Positions 62,207 through 64,000 of a DNA stretch of 64,000 nt are shown piece after piece. The stretch lies in NCBI RefSeq assembly GCF_009914755.1, contig NC_060939.1. One strand, 5' to 3'. The translations under genes and the position numbers were made by a program. This DNA comes from the human T2T-CHM13v2.0 reference genome, Homo sapiens. The notes under the pieces were generated by a model, which saw only the letters and a program-made list of their open reading frames with translations, had not been told where the DNA came from and ran no database searches. How positions within the stretch are numbered: the stretch's first letter is position 1; each line of letters opens with the position of its first letter.

Positions 62207-64000
62207 CTATCCCAGCCTTCCTATACAGCCCCACAAGTCAAAAAATCGTGACTAAAATGAAATATCTCCCTGACAAAAAACTAAAAAAAAAAAAAAAGAC
62301 ACTGAAGTCTCAATTAAGACTAAAAAAAATTAAAAAAAAATAAAGTATCCTTTTTAAAAGTGGCCACTGTAAAGCCTCCAAAACCCATTCCATTAACTTA
62401 AAAAACAAAAAAACCTATATAAGTAAATCAGTGGCCACTACCAAAACACAAACTAAAAACTTTACACTTATTAACAAAAAAATTTAAAAAAAAATTGAGC
62501 CTTCATTTTCGCCTTAAAATTCTCCTATGTTTATAATTCAAAAAAAAAAAAAAATCCAACAAATGACACATACTAACCAACTTAAAAGCATTAATGCCGT
62601 AATTCAACCCATGGAGAGTCTCCAACCTGAGTTGCCCTCTCAGGCCATAATCCCCCAAAATTGGCCTTTAATTATAATTAATCTAAAAGATTACTTTTTT
62701 ACCATTCTTCTGACAAAACAAAATTTAAAAAAATTTACTTTTACTATACCAGCCATAAATAATAAAAAACCAGCCACCAGGTTTCAGTAAAAAGTGTTAC
62801 GTCAAAAAATACTTAATAGTCCAACTATTTGTCAAACTTTTTTGTAACTCAAACTCTTCAACCAGTTAAACACAAGTTTTCAAACTGTTATTCATTATAT
62901 TAATAATATTTTGTATACTACAAAAACAAAAACAAATTAACTATTACACATTTCTACAAGCAAAGGTTACCAACACAAGACTGACAATAATATCTAATAA
63001 AATTCAAACCTCTAATCCTTTCCATTACTTAAAAATGTAAGTTAAAAAAAACCACAAAAAATAAAAATTAAACATTAAAAACATTAAATAACTTTCAAAA
63101 ATTACTAAAAAATATTAAACTCGGCCAACTCTAGACATCCCTACTTATGCCATGTCAAATTTGTTCTCTATCTTAAAAAAAAATCCAAAATTAAATAATG
63201 AACATTAACTCCAAAGACAACTAAAAAAATTAATTAAAAAAAGTTCAGTCAACCCAAATAAATAAAATGAATCACTTAGCCCCACTCCAACTTTTAATTT
63301 TTACTACTACACATTCTCCAACAGACATTATTGTTCAAAATACAAATCTTATGAAGTGGTCCTTCCTTCCTTACAGCACAATTAAGACTTACATTGTACT
63401 TAAATCAAATGACTACATTAATTAGACAAAACTACAAATAATAAAATTATATAAAAATAACCCAAATAAAATAATTGTTCCTTTAAACAAAAAACAAATT
63501 AAACAAGCCTTTATCAATTCTGGAATATAACAAATTGGTCTTACTAATTTTATAAAAAATTATTGACAATCATTACCCAAAAACAAAAATCTTCCAGTTT
63601 TTAAAATTGACTACTTAAATTTTACCTAAAATTACCAAACATAAACCTTTAAAAAATACTCTAACGGTGTTTACTAATAGTTCCAACAATAAAAAAACAA
63701 CTTACACCAGACCAAAAAAACAAGTCATTAAAACTCAATGTCACTTAACTCAAAAAACAAAATTAGCTACTGTCATTACAATATTACAAAATTTTAATCA
63801 GCCTATTAACATTGTATCAAATTCTACATATATAATACAAACTACAAAAAAAGTTAAAACAGCCCTAATCAAATATCAAATATAATCAGTTAAACCAACT
63901 ATTTAATTTGTTACAACAAACGGTAAAAAAAAAAATTTCCCATTTTATATTACTCATATTCAAACACACACTAATTTACCAAGGCCTTTAACTAAAACAA
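62207..64000 (+). mobile_element. HERV-K(HML-2) proviral fragment (end of pro/G-patch, RT, RNase H), G-to-A hypermutated, 5'-truncated, runs off the window
   Basis: Recognisable HML-2 motifs: YSPTSQKI (G-patch start), GTATCCTTTTT pro/pol overlap, [42 protein letters not shown] at 62896-62907 (from YIDD) and FTNSSNNK (from FTDGSSNG). No LTR or gag lies upstream. Confidence 0.93.

Noticed and set aside
62345-62353. Second GTATCCTTT U12-like donor
   Set aside because: It is the HML-2 pro/pol overlap (GYPF), with no exon upstream, so the match is coincidental.
62527-63885. ORFs 62527-62790 and 63667-63885 as functional RT or RNase H
   Set aside because: Catalytic Asp residues are changed to Asn, Trp codons are stops, and the frame is broken.
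62240-64000. Simple A-rich low-complexity DNA, L1 or bisulfite-like artefact
   Set aside because: It is collinear with HML-2 pro-pol, and G loss is context-dependent and confined to the viral sequence while adjacent host DNA is normal.

Overview
This is primate (almost certainly human) genomic DNA made of three blocks. (1) About 1-52,400 is AT-rich and carries ten + strand spliced exons of an unprocessed duplicate of the ribosome-maturation GTPase gene EFL1 (EFTUD1), equivalent to EFL1 exons 5-7 and 9-15. It is a pseudogene, consistent with EFL1P1 at 15q25.2. It has an in-frame TGA at 4832-4834, no visible exon-8 equivalent, and stops inside the intron after exon 15. It retains a U12-type minor intron at 14912-15525. 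Its introns hold Alu, L1M, L2, MIR, MLT1 and DNA-transposon relics. (2) About 52,450-62,200 is an abruptly GC-rich non-coding block, probably a different duplicon. (3) About 62,207 to the window end is a HERV-K(HML-2) pro-pol fragment with no 5' LTR and extreme G-to-A hypermutation (YIDD to YINN, TGG to TAA), the most striking signal here. I found no intact protein-coding gene, RNA gene or CRISPR array, and no convincing new biological system. The best leads are the hypermutated provirus, the uneven divergence of the pseudogene exons and several template-switch-like junctions. Comparisons with EFL1, HML-2 and repeat consensus sequences are from memory and need alignment. Boundaries of old repeats are approximate.
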